A DNA stretch of 64,000 bases from positions 1-64,000 of IMG/VR virus record IMGVR_UViG_3300024331_000061. One strand, written 5' to 3'. The notes below the pieces were generated by a model. That model made no database searches, had not been told where the DNA came from, and was given only the letters and a program-made list of their open reading frames with translations. Positions 1 through 8,450 of the stretch are shown piece by piece; positions within the stretch are counted from its first letter, which is position 1; each line of letters starts with the position of its first letter. Source of the stretch: a virus (Duplodnaviria; Caudoviricetes). Made by a program: the position numbers and the translations under genes.

Positions 1-266
1 GGGGCAAGGAATACGCCCTGCTCAACACGCTGATCCAGGGCAGTGCCGCCACCATCATGAAGTGGGGGATCATCAACCTGGACGCGGCCGGGCTCGGCCC
101 GTTCCTGCGCCTGCCCGTGCATGACGAGATCCTGATGGAGGTGCCGGTCCCGTGGGCGGCCGACGTACTGCGCGAGGCCGAGCGCATCCTGACCGACCGC
201 ACCAGCTACCGCGTGCCGATCACCTGGTCCGGCAGCATCCTTGAGGAACGCTGGGTGAAGACGTGA
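1..266 (+). CDS. polA: Family A DNA polymerase, C-terminal end (5' truncated by window)
   Basis: Frame from nt 3 reads GKEYALLNTLIQGSAATIMK...LPVHDEIL; N-x-x-IQGSAA and motif C VHDE. Confidence 0.9.
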   Translation, partial: GKEYALLNTLIQGSAATIMKWGIINLDAAGLGPFLRLPVHDEILMEVPVPWAADVLREAERILTDRTSYRVPITWSGSILEERWVKT

Positions 267-267
267 G

Positions 268-606
268 CTACCGCTCGGACGCCTCGCCGTGCTCGGTGAT
301 CAGCTCGGCCTTGGTCATGTTCTCGGCTTCCTCGGGGTCCGCGCCCTGGGCTACCGCGTGTTCCACCCAGTCAGCCTTCAGCGCGCTGCGGGCTGGCGGG
401 CCGTCCTCGGGCTCGGGCTCAGCTGGCTCCGTCACGATGGCCTCGGATGCCAGCACCGGCTGGCTGCCGGGCTCGCCGGTCACCCAGTTGCGGTCCCCGC
501 TGTCCTGGGCGGGCGGCGGATTGGACGGGAGAGACTCGTTCGACGTGGCTCCGTCGATTCCGGCCATCGCGGCATCGCGGACACCGGCTCCTGGATCTTC
601 GCTCAT
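268..606 (-). CDS. Hypothetical acidic protein with small C-terminal helical domain
   Basis: 112 aa, GGAG RBS before ATG; C-terminal PARSALKADWVEHAVAQGADPEEAENMTKAEL resembles a recurrent actinophage helical module. Confidence 0.65.
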   Translation of the reverse strand: MSEDPGAGVRDAAMAGIDGATSNESLPSNPPPAQDSGDRNWVTGEPGSQPVLASEAIVTEPAEPEPEDGPPARSALKADWVEHAVAQGADPEEAENMTKAELITEHGEASER

Positions 607-621
607 GACTGGCTCCTACCC

Positions 622-780
622 GTGATCGGGCTCGTAATCGCGGTGCTGGTCATCGTAGCCTGCGCAGTGCTGGCTGTCGTCATACCCTGCGGCGGGAGCT
701 GGCTGGCCCGGCTGTGGTCCGAGACGCGGGGGCCGGACTTCCGCGAGCGCAGGAGGAAGGGATCTGGGAGAAGTGAGTAG
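622..780 (+). CDS. Possible small membrane protein
   Basis: GTG-start 52 aa with hydrophobic VIGLVIAVLVIVACAVLAVVIP and basic tail; no clear RBS. Confidence 0.3.
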   Translation: MIGLVIAVLVIVACAVLAVVIPCGGSWLARLWSETRGPDFRERRRKGSGRSE

Positions 781-1231
781 CGCACCGCCGCCGTACCTGA
801 TGTGGCTGGACCCCGGCGGCATGACCGGGTTCGCCTGGCTGTTCGAGGGCGTTTTCGGAGCCCACGAGCTGCCCTGGGATGCCGCGTGCGGCCAGCTGGA
901 GATCGCCTGCTCGTCCTGGGGCAACCGGCTGCACATCGGCTACGAGCGGTTCACCATCCTGCCCAGCACGCACAAGCTCAGCCCGCAGCCCGAGGCGTAC
1001 GAGCTGCCGGGCGTCATCAAGTTCCTGGCGCGCAAGCACCGATGCGTGCTGCTGGAGCCAGCCCAGCCGTCCGAGCGGCTGAACGTCAGCCCGGACGAGC
1101 TGAAGGCGATCGGCTGGTGGACGCCGGGCCTGGACGACGCGCAGAGCGCCAGCCGCCACCTGCTGGCCTGGCTGCGCCGCGAGAACTGCGTCCCGCCAGC
1201 CCTGGCCGTTGCACTTGCGCGCCTGCGCTAA
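773..1231 (+). CDS. RuvC-like Holliday junction resolvase
   Basis: WLDPGGMTG, IGYERF and DDAQSASRH acidic motifs; GGAG RBS. Confidence 0.75.
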   Translation: MSSAPPPYLMWLDPGGMTGFAWLFEGVFGAHELPWDAACGQLEIACSSWGNRLHIGYERFTILPSTHKLSPQPEAYELPGVIKFLARKHRCVLLEPAQPSERLNVSPDELKAIGWWTPGLDDAQSASRHLLAWLRRENCVPPALAVALARLR

Positions 1232-1242
1232 GGTGTTTACAC
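1229..1242 (+). promoter_or_regulatory. Putative -10 box (TAAGGT) fused to GTTTACAC motif
   Basis: Same TAnGnT-GTWWACAC arrangement at 8410 (+) and 62473-62486 (-). Confidence 0.45.
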
Positions 1243-1270
1243 GATCCACGATCACGATAGAGGGAGAACA

Positions 1271-1690
1271 ATGCCAGCACCGATCATCCGCCTGTACGGG
1301 GAGTCCGACGAGTCCCTGGCCACGCGGTTCATCGAGCAGCTAGACGATGCGTTCCTGTACTGCCGGGCCAGGCGGCGTCATCGCTACCCGGTGATCCTGC
1401 CCCGCAAGGGCAAGCCGTTCAAGCCGCCGAAGGGCTTCAGCTTCGAGCTGATCCCGTCGAAGCCCGGCTTCCTGCTGGTCACCGAGACCTGCGAGATCTG
1501 CGGCCGGGTGTGCAGGACGGTCACCGACCGGAACGCCTTCCTGACCGGCCAGGTCCGCCGCAAGTACGAGGACCCGGAGGGATACACCGCGCCGAAGGGC
1601 ACCGGCAAGCACCTCCAGGGCAAAGTGGCCCTGCACGAGCTGGAGCGCCGCCTGGACGAGGGCGGCCTGTTCGGGATGCCTGACCAGTGA
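1271..1690 (+). CDS. Hypothetical protein with CxxC motif
   Basis: 139 aa, GGGAG RBS, CEICGRVC. Confidence 0.7.
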   Translation: MPAPIIRLYGESDESLATRFIEQLDDAFLYCRARRRHRYPVILPRKGKPFKPPKGFSFELIPSKPGFLLVTETCEICGRVCRTVTDRNAFLTGQVRRKYEDPEGYTAPKGTGKHLQGKVALHELERRLDEGGLFGMPDQ

Positions 1691-2085
1691 AGGAGATGAT
1701 CCCGGTCATCTCCGATGACCTGGACCTAGCTGAGAAGGGCATCAGGACGCCAGCCCAGCAGGAAGCCAGCCTGGGCTTCATGGGCCGGTGGTTCGAGCTG
1801 GACCTGACCGATGACCACATGCTGGAGCTGTCCAGCATGCTCAACCGCTGGATCGCGGCGGGAAGGCCGACCAGCAAGCCGCAGAGCAACCGCCTGAAGC
1901 CGGGCAAGCCGATCGGGTCCACCATGAGCTTCTACGCCCGGCACCGGGCCTGGCACCTGGAGACCTACGGCACCGAGGTGCCGAAAAAGCTCGACGGCCA
2001 GGGCTACCGTTACAACAAGGCCAGGGTGGCCGAGTTCAGGAAGGTGGAGGCAGATCGTGTCCTGGGCGGCGATCGATCCAGCTGA
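1687..2085 (+). CDS. lsr2: Lsr2-like nucleoid-associated protein
   Basis: VISDDLD...FELDLTDDHMLELSSMLNRWIAAGR matches the Lsr2 dimerisation domain; C-terminal helix-W pattern like the Lsr2 DNA-binding domain but divergent. Confidence 0.75.
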   Translation: MKEMIPVISDDLDLAEKGIRTPAQQEASLGFMGRWFELDLTDDHMLELSSMLNRWIAAGRPTSKPQSNRLKPGKPIGSTMSFYARHRAWHLETYGTEVPKKLDGQGYRYNKARVAEFRKVEADRVLGGDRSS

Positions 2086-3895
2086 CGGCAAGCCGATGCT
2101 GGCCATCGGCTGCTCCAAGTCAGAGAACCCGCTGTGCGAGATGATCCCCGGCTGCAACTACGGCAAGGCCGACGGCATCTGGCGTCTCCCGCTCAGCTGG
2201 CCTGGCTACGTCTGCTTCCGCACGGCCTGGGCGGGCACGCACATCGACATCCACCCGCAGCTGGAAGAGTACGGGCGCAGCTGCTGGGAGCAAGTGCAGC
2301 GGCGCTACGCCGACCGCACCCGGATCGACGCCGACGAGGATCACCTGCCCCACATCATGGACGTGGAGCTGGAGCACAACACGATGCAGTTGCGCCCCGA
2401 CCAGCGCGGCGGGGTCGGCTGGCTGGTGAAGTGGGGCCGGGTGGGCATCGAGGACCCGACCGGCAACGGCAAGACCCCGGTGATCATCCGCGCGCTCCAG
2501 GTGCAGCAGCGGATGACGGGCTCGGCACTGCCAGCCCTGTACGTGGGCAACGGGTCCGCCCTGTATGCCATCCGGGACAAGTTCACCCAGTGGGCTCCCG
2601 AGCTGCGGGTGACTGTGGTCACCGGCACGATGAAGGCCCGCGAGAAGGCCCTGGCCGTCGAGTCCGATGTCTGGCTGATCGCCTGGCCGAACCTGCGGCT
2701 GCACACCCGGCTGGCTAGGTACGGGTCCGAGCGCCTGGTCCGCTGCGAGAGCTGCGGCGGCCAGGACCCGAGGGTGACGCCCGGCCGGTGCGAGGCGCAC
2801 GAGAAGGAGCTGAACGCCCTCGGCATCCGCACGGTGATCCTGGACGAGGCGCACAAGCTCCGCGAGCCGAAGTCCAAGCAGACCAGGGCGGCCTGGTGGA
2901 TGGCGCACCACGCCGAGTTCTGCTGGCCGGTGACCGGCACGCTGGTGGCTGACACCGTGGCGGACCCCTGGGGCGTCATGCACGCCCTGGACCCGCGAGC
3001 CTGGCCGAGCCGGTCGCGGTACATCGACATGTTCGCCGTCAAGGACTTCAGTTTCCACCGGGGTGCCGACATCCTCGGCATCCGGCCCGAGCACGCCTAC
3101 CAGCTGCACAGCATCATCCAGCCCTACTGGCGGCGCATCCCCCGCGAGGTGGCCCGGCCGAACGACGCGCCGCGCGGCGAGCCCGAGTTCCGCTACCCCG
3201 AGATGAGCCCCAAGCAGGCCACGGCCTACCGCCAGCTGGCGAAGGAGGCGCTGGCCGACCTGGAGGGCAGCACGCTCGTCCCCGAGTACGCCATCGTCAA
3301 GTACACCCGGCTGTGCCAGCTGGCCTCGTCCATGGTGGAGACCCGCGACGGCGAGGACCGGCAGGGCTTCACCACCCAGCTGCTGGACCTGGCGCTGCCG
3401 TCGAACAAGGCCGACGACCTGATCGAGTTCCTGGAGGACAACCCCGGACAGGTGGTGGTCGCGGCCATCTCGCCTGACCTGATCGAGCTGGCGGCGCGCA
3501 AGTGCCACGAGAACAAGATCACCACCGCCCGGATCACCGGGGGCATGAGCCGCGAGGCCCAGTACCAGGCCCAGCAGTGGTTCCAGGCCGGGCAGTGCCG
3601 GGTGATCTTCATCAACGCGGCGGGCAGCGAGAGCATCGACCTCCAGGCGGCCAGCACCATCGTGTTCCTGGAGCCCGACACCTCGTTCCTCCAGCGCGAG
3701 CAGAAGATCGGCCGCGTCGATCGGTACGGCCAGAAGTTCCCGGTGCGGCAGGTCTACATGCTGACGCCGGGCACCGTGGACCAGCGGCGTTACCAGCTGG
3801 GCTGTGATAAGCATGAGCGCCACGATCAGGTGGCGCGCGATCCTGACCTGCTCCGGTGGATCATCGAGGGCATGGCAGTCAACTGGGCCGCTTAG
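2057..3895 (+). CDS. SNF2-like superfamily 2 helicase
   Basis: PTGNGKT Walker A, ILDEAH, VTGT, QKIGRVDRYGQ motif VI. Confidence 0.9.
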   Translation: MSWAAIDPADGKPMLAIGCSKSENPLCEMIPGCNYGKADGIWRLPLSWPGYVCFRTAWAGTHIDIHPQLEEYGRSCWEQVQRRYADRTRIDADEDHLPHIMDVELEHNTMQLRPDQRGGVGWLVKWGRVGIEDPTGNGKTPVIIRALQVQQRMTGSALPALYVGNGSALYAIRDKFTQWAPELRVTVVTGTMKAREKALAVESDVWLIAWPNLRLHTRLARYGSERLVRCESCGGQDPRVTPGRCEAHEKELNALGIRTVILDEAHKLREPKSKQTRAAWWMAHHAEFCWPVTGTLVADTVADPWGVMHALDPRAWPSRSRYIDMFAVKDFSFHRGADILGIRPEHAYQLHSIIQPYWRRIPREVARPNDAPRGEPEFRYPEMSPKQATAYRQLAKEALADLEGSTLVPEYAIVKYTRLCQLASSMVETRDGEDRQGFTTQLLDLALPSNKADDLIEFLEDNPGQVVVAAISPDLIELAARKCHENKITTARITGGMSREAQYQAQQWFQAGQCRVIFINAAGSESIDLQAASTIVFLEPDTSFLQREQKIGRVDRYGQKFPVRQVYMLTPGTVDQRRYQLGCDKHERHDQVARDPDLLRWIIEGMAVNWAA

Positions 3896-3916
3896 GCCCC
3901 GAGAGGAAAAACGATC

Positions 3917-4360
3917 ATGATCAAGATCCGTTACACCGTGGCCGCAGCTGTGGTCACGGCTGCGCTGGCCATCGCCGGGTGCAGCTCATCCGCGAGCAGC
4001 GACGGCGCTGCCGCCGTCAAGTCGGCGGCGGCCTCGCTGTCCGCCAACCCCCAGTTCCAGGCGGCTAAGGACCGGCTGAACGCGAACATGCGCAAGGACT
4101 TCCACCCGACGCACCCGAAGAAGTCGCTGGAGACGGTGCTCACCGAGACGTTCCCCGGCGCGCACGTCCGGCCGATCCTGCTGTACGGGGTGAAGACCTT
4201 CAAGGCCGCTGACCGGAAGGCAGGACCGGCCCGCACCGCCTGGGAGAACGGCGTGGTCCTGTTCGCGCTCCAGCAGAGCGCCCAGGGCGTCAGCGGCCAG
4301 GCGAGCATCCCCGGCGTGACGAACTCAGCCAGCCCCGCCGCTAAGCCGAGCCACTCATGA
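3917..4360 (+). CDS. Putative lipoprotein
   Basis: Signal peptide with lipobox LAIAGC followed by a Ser/Ala linker; GAGG RBS. Confidence 0.7.
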   Translation: MIKIRYTVAAAVVTAALAIAGCSSSASSDGAAAVKSAAASLSANPQFQAAKDRLNANMRKDFHPTHPKKSLETVLTETFPGAHVRPILLYGVKTFKAADRKAGPARTAWENGVVLFALQQSAQGVSGQASIPGVTNSASPAAKPSHS

Positions 4361-5286
4361 CCACGCGAGCTGCGCCGGTCAGCAGGTACAAGCCGATCCC
4401 GAAGATCAAGCCGTGGTCCTGGCTGGGCCTGGAGTCCTTCGCCTGGGGCTTCGTCGTCGGCCACGTCATCACCTGGGCCGTGGACTGCTGGTACTTCGTC
4501 ATCACGCAGCTGACCTGGGGCTTCACCTACGCCAAGGCCAACGATCACGTCAACTACCTGAACCTCACCGACATCTGGGACCGGCTGCCCTACTGGACCG
4601 GCAGGACCCTGAACAACGCGGGCATCCACACCAGCTGGGCTACCTGGCTGATGCTGGCCAGCACCCAGCAGGGCTGGACCGAGCCCCGGCACCTGGCACG
4701 GGGCGTGATCATCGGCCTGATCGCGGGCGTGTTCATCCAGATGCTGTTCGCCAAGCCAGCCCAGTACGGCGCGGAGGACGTGAGCGCCTGGGCCTACGTG
4801 CTGGCCATCCCGAAGTCGCTGCTCTACGCCATCCCCGGCGTGGCCGCGATCGGGGTGCTGGCCTACTACCTGCCGTACCTGCTGAACCACGGGCTGCACG
4901 TGCCCGGCAACAACCTGTTCAGCAACGAGGTGAACAGCCAGCTGTCGGCCGGTGCCTGGATCGGCACCGCGATGGGCCTGGCCGGGTCACTGCTGTTCGC
5001 CCGCTGGGCCAGCAAGAAGCCAGCCCAGGAGGCCCAGTGGTTCTACGCCGAGCGCAGCGCCGCCCGGATCGAGAGCGAGTCCGCGCTGGGCAGGCTGCGC
5101 GGTAACCGGGTGATCGGCACGCCGTCCCACCGGGTCCGGGTGCGCTGGCTGATCGACAACGCGATCCAGTGCGTCGAGCGCAGCTCCTGGTCCGTCCGGC
5201 TGCTGGTCGGCGGGCTGTTCTTCGTCCTGATCTCGGCTGGCGGCGGTGCCTACATCACGCTGGCGGGACCGGCGGCGGGGCACTGA
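4357..5286 (+). CDS. Multi-pass membrane protein
   Basis: 309 aa with about 5 hydrophobic segments; ATGA overlap with the lipoprotein gene. Confidence 0.75.
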   Translation: MTTRAAPVSRYKPIPKIKPWSWLGLESFAWGFVVGHVITWAVDCWYFVITQLTWGFTYAKANDHVNYLNLTDIWDRLPYWTGRTLNNAGIHTSWATWLMLASTQQGWTEPRHLARGVIIGLIAGVFIQMLFAKPAQYGAEDVSAWAYVLAIPKSLLYAIPGVAAIGVLAYYLPYLLNHGLHVPGNNLFSNEVNSQLSAGAWIGTAMGLAGSLLFARWASKKPAQEAQWFYAERSAARIESESALGRLRGNRVIGTPSHRVRVRWLIDNAIQCVERSSWSVRLLVGGLFFVLISAGGGAYITLAGPAAGH

Positions 5287-6263
5287 TGATCATCATCAGC
5301 AACACCGAGATCAACACCTGGCAGCGGTGCCGCCGCAAGTGGCTCATCAGCTACTACCTCGGCTACCAGCCCGACGCCGAGGAAGTGACTGGCCACCGCA
5401 TCCTCGGCGTCCGGGTGCACACCGCCCTGGAGGGCCACTACGGCTACGGCCTGGACCCGCTGGCGGTGCTCCAGCTGCTCTACAAGTTCGAGCTGGAGGC
5501 CAGCCCCGAGTTCGAGCTGGAGCTGAGCGCCGAGCGCGACCTGGCCAGCGCCATGGTCGAGGGCTACATCGAGTGGGCTGCCGAGACCGGCGCGGACGCG
5601 GGCATGGCCGTGGTGGCCACCGAGGCCGACGTGACGGTGCCGCTGCCCGGCGTCGAGGGCGTGAGCCTGCGGGCCAAGCTGGACCAGATCGTCTACAACG
5701 AGCTGACCGGGCTGCACTCGTTCAAGGACTGGAAGACGGCGGCCAGCTTCGAGCAGCACGACATCCTGGCCCTCAACCCGCAGTTCAAGCTGTACTCGCT
5801 GGTCCAGAAGCTGCGCAACCCCGGCGGCGTCCTGGTGGACGGCGGCATCATCACCACGCTGCGCCGGGTCAAGCGCACCGCGCGCAGCAGCCCGCCGTAC
5901 TACCAGACCGATGAGTTCCGCTACAACCCGCAGACGGTCAACGCCACGCTGCGCAAGGCGCAGCGGATCGGCTACCAGATCAAGAAGGCCCGCCAGGCCC
6001 TGGACTGGGTGTACGCCGAGGACGGCGGCCAGGGCAAGGCCGACGCGCTAGACCTAGTTCAGCAATCGCTGTTCCCGCCGACGCCGATCGTCCGCGACTG
6101 CGGCTGGAGCTGCCCGTTCGTGACGCTCTGCCCGATGATGGATGACGGGTCGGACTGGATCGGCGCGCTGGTCAGCTCGGGCCACTACCGGCAGGAGGAC
6201 CCCTACGCCTACTACTCCGATGACCCGCTGCGGCGGGTCCGGCAGGTCCTGGAGGATCGGTAA
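5286..6263 (+). CDS. PD-(D/E)XK Cas4/RecB-like exonuclease
   Basis: TGATG-coupled start; SNTEINTWQRCRRKW, LRAKLDQ, DWKTA, CGWSCPFVTLC. Confidence 0.85.
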   Translation: MIIISNTEINTWQRCRRKWLISYYLGYQPDAEEVTGHRILGVRVHTALEGHYGYGLDPLAVLQLLYKFELEASPEFELELSAERDLASAMVEGYIEWAAETGADAGMAVVATEADVTVPLPGVEGVSLRAKLDQIVYNELTGLHSFKDWKTAASFEQHDILALNPQFKLYSLVQKLRNPGGVLVDGGIITTLRRVKRTARSSPPYYQTDEFRYNPQTVNATLRKAQRIGYQIKKARQALDWVYAEDGGQGKADALDLVQQSLFPPTPIVRDCGWSCPFVTLCPMMDDGSDWIGALVSSGHYRQEDPYAYYSDDPLRRVRQVLEDR

Positions 6264-6322
6264 TGTCGGACCCCTGTGGTAGCCCTGATAGTCTGTCGTC
6301 AACCCGATAGGGGAAGATCACG

Positions 6323-7126
6323 ATGACGATCCAGCCAACTCAAGTTGGACAAAGGCAGGCTTATCCCAACGCCCAGGCCGGTTTCGTTGGAGTGCCGCGA
6401 CCGGCGCGGCGTCTCCAGGGCATCTCGGCGCTCGTGCACGGGCTGGCGAAGGCGGGCAAGTCCAGCCTGGCCGACTCCGGGCCGCCGCCGAGGCTCATCC
6501 TGGACATCGAGGGCACCAGCTTCTGGACGCCCAGCCGCAAGGTGTACTGGCAGCCCGAGTACGAGCCGGTGCCCCGGTGGGACGAGAGCTGGGACAGCTG
6601 CGTGGTGCTAGCCCGCGAGGCCCGCACGATCAACGCCACCTACCGCATCCTGGCCAGCGGCCAGCACCCGTTCAAATCCGCCAGCGTGGACTCAGTGACC
6701 GAGTTCCAGCAGCGGATCATCGATGAGCGGGTGGGCTATGACAAGATCGGCCGCGATGACTGGGGCGTGCTGCTGCGCCAGGTCAGCTGGGCTACCCGGC
6801 AGTGGCGCGACCTGATCACGCACCCCACCAACCCGCTGTGGACGGTTACGTTCGTCGCGGGCACCCACCTGGACGGCAAGACGGCCAAGTGGCGTCCGCT
6901 GGTCCAGGGCCAGGTGGGCGACTTCCTGCCCTACTACGTCGATGTGCTGGGCTACCTGGGCGCGATGCCCGACCAGTCCCGGCACCTGCTCATCGGCCCG
7001 CACCCGCAGTACGAGACGGGCGAGCGGGTCGGCGGGCGTCTGCCCTACTCGCTGCCGATCGGCTACCCCGGCCGGTCTGGCTACACCATGGAAAGCATGC
7101 TGGCCCAGGTGCTGGCAGGAAGGTAA
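6323..7126 (+). CDS. AAA_24/Sak4-like ATPase (recombination)
   Basis: GLAKAGKS Walker A, SVDSVTE Walker B; position between exonuclease and SSB-like gene. Confidence 0.8.
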   Translation: MTIQPTQVGQRQAYPNAQAGFVGVPRPARRLQGISALVHGLAKAGKSSLADSGPPPRLILDIEGTSFWTPSRKVYWQPEYEPVPRWDESWDSCVVLAREARTINATYRILASGQHPFKSASVDSVTEFQQRIIDERVGYDKIGRDDWGVLLRQVSWATRQWRDLITHPTNPLWTVTFVAGTHLDGKTAKWRPLVQGQVGDFLPYYVDVLGYLGAMPDQSRHLLIGPHPQYETGERVGGRLPYSLPIGYPGRSGYTMESMLAQVLAGR

Positions 7127-7131
7127 CGATA

Positions 7132-8226
7132 ATGGGATACCCGAACGACCCCAACCAGGGCTGGCAGCAGCAGGGTCCGCCTCCGGGCCAGGGCGGCTAC
7201 GGCCCGCCTCCGGGCCAGGGCTACCCGCAGGGTCCGCCCCCAGGGCAGCAAGGCGGCTACGCGCCGCCTCCCGGCCAGCAGCAGGGCTACGGCCAGCCTG
7301 GCCCGTACGGGCCGCCTCAGGGCCAGCAGGGCTACGCTCCGGGCTTCGGTCCCGGCGGGATGCCCGGCGGCGGCGGCGAGGACTTCGGCCAGATGTACGG
7401 CCAGGCTGACATGTCCTCCAACCTGATCGAGAAGGGCCGCTACCCGGCGCTGATCGAGTCCTCGGAGTACGGCGCGACCAAGGACGGCACCAAGAACGCC
7501 TGGACGATCGTGTTCCGCACCACGGGCGGCATGGCCCCGAGCTACACCGGGCCGGGCGCGGGCACCAAGCTCACCATGACGCTGAGTGTCAACAAGACCA
7601 AGAAGGACGGCACCGAGAACCCGCAAGGGCTCGGCATCATGTTCCGCCAGCTCGGCGCGATGGGCGTCCCGATCCCGCCAGCTCAGCCCTTCTGGGAGCT
7701 GGGCTGGAGCCCGCAGCAGGCCGCCCAGGCCATGGTCGGCCGCCCGGTCATGCTGTCGGTGATCCAGGACGAGTACGAGGGCGTCACCCGGAACAAGGTC
7801 CGCGACATCCAGCCGCCGATGCCGGGACAGCCGCTCCAGGTCACCCAGCAGGCCCAGCAGGCCCCGCAGCCGTTCGGCGGTGCTCCGGGCTACAGCCCGC
7901 CGCCAGGCCAGCAGGGACCGCCTCCGGGCCAGCAGCAGGCACCGCCAGCCCAGGGTCCGCCGCCGAACCAGCAGCCCTGGGGACAGCCGAGCTACGGCCC
8001 GCCTCCTGGCCAGGGATACGGCCCGCCGCCTCCCGGCCAGCAGCCGCAGTTCGAGGGCCAGGGCTACGGCCAGCCTGGCTACGGCCAGCAGCAGGCACCG
8101 CCAGCCCAGCAGGGCTACCAGCAGCAGGGTCCGCCGTCCAACGGCTACCCGCAGCAGGGCCAGCCCCAGGGTCCGCCTCCCGGCCAGGGTGACGCTCCCG
8201 CGCCGCCGCCCTGGGCTCAGCAGTAA
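7132..8226 (+). CDS. SSB-like protein (DUF669-type core) with Q/G/P/Y-rich low-complexity termini
   Basis: Core GRYPALIESSEYGATKDGTK...MLSVIQDEYEGVTRNKVRDI flanked by PPPGQQGY repeats; ATG at 7132 after AGGAAGG. Confidence 0.7.
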   Translation: MGYPNDPNQGWQQQGPPPGQGGYGPPPGQGYPQGPPPGQQGGYAPPPGQQQGYGQPGPYGPPQGQQGYAPGFGPGGMPGGGGEDFGQMYGQADMSSNLIEKGRYPALIESSEYGATKDGTKNAWTIVFRTTGGMAPSYTGPGAGTKLTMTLSVNKTKKDGTENPQGLGIMFRQLGAMGVPIPPAQPFWELGWSPQQAAQAMVGRPVMLSVIQDEYEGVTRNKVRDIQPPMPGQPLQVTQQAQQAPQPFGGAPGYSPPPGQQGPPPGQQQAPPAQGPPPNQQPWGQPSYGPPPGQGYGPPPPGQQPQFEGQGYGQPGYGQQQAPPAQQGYQQQGPPSNGYPQQGQPQGPPPGQGDAPAPPPWAQQ

Positions 8227-8232
8227 CAAGAC

Positions 8233-8367
8233 GTGCCCGGCCCTGAGCAGTAGCGGCAGCAGCGGCAAGCCCTCAACTTCGCACCCGGCGGTAGAGATTC
8301 ACGGGCACCGCGCGCATGCAGGCAGAGGAAAGTGGCCGCTGGCTCCCGCTTAACCGGGGCCGGGCAC
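8233..8367 (+). ncRNA. Candidate structured RNA of unknown class
   Basis: Intergenic 135 nt closed by perfect 11-bp inverted repeat GTGCCCGGCCC/GGGCCGGGCAC, with nested shorter stems. Confidence 0.3.
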
Positions 8368-8386
8368 CTGGCCAGATCAGCTGGGC

Positions 8387-8448
8387 TGGACGGGAATGAA
8401 CTGGTGGGGTACGGTGTTTACACCACTGAAGGGCTCACAGGGAGCCCG
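8387..8448 (+). promoter_or_regulatory. Putative promoter (TGGACG-17-TACGGT) with GTTTACAC motif and GGGCTC/GAGCCC hairpin
   Basis: Hexamers at 17-nt spacing; the 36-nt element 8413-8448 recurs at 10268-10303 (31/36 identical). Confidence 0.55.
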
Positions 8449-8450
8449 GA

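Noticed and set aside
263-625. Plus-strand 120-aa ORF coupled to polA
   Set aside because: Ser-rich mirror of the minus-strand gene 268-606, which has the RBS and a recognisable motif
2120-3823. Long antisense ORFs (also 7081-8268, 8496-10022, 27797-29620, 42398-43453, 51087-53027 and many others in the track)
   Set aside because: Shadow frames of high-GC genes; they fully overlap well-supported genes and show no recognisable motifs
5286-6263. Cas4-like nuclease as sign of a CRISPR system
   Set aside because: No array or other cas genes; context is a standard phage exonuclease-ATPase-SSB recombination module
7141-8220. Short DNA repeats as a CRISPR array or VNTR
   Set aside because: Irregular, in-frame coding repeats for PPPGQ peptides with no repeat-spacer periodicity
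8322-8335. GAGGAAAGT resembling the RNase P RNA conserved element; CTGAG...GAAA resembling a hammerhead core
   Set aside because: Only partial matches; remaining conserved elements are absent
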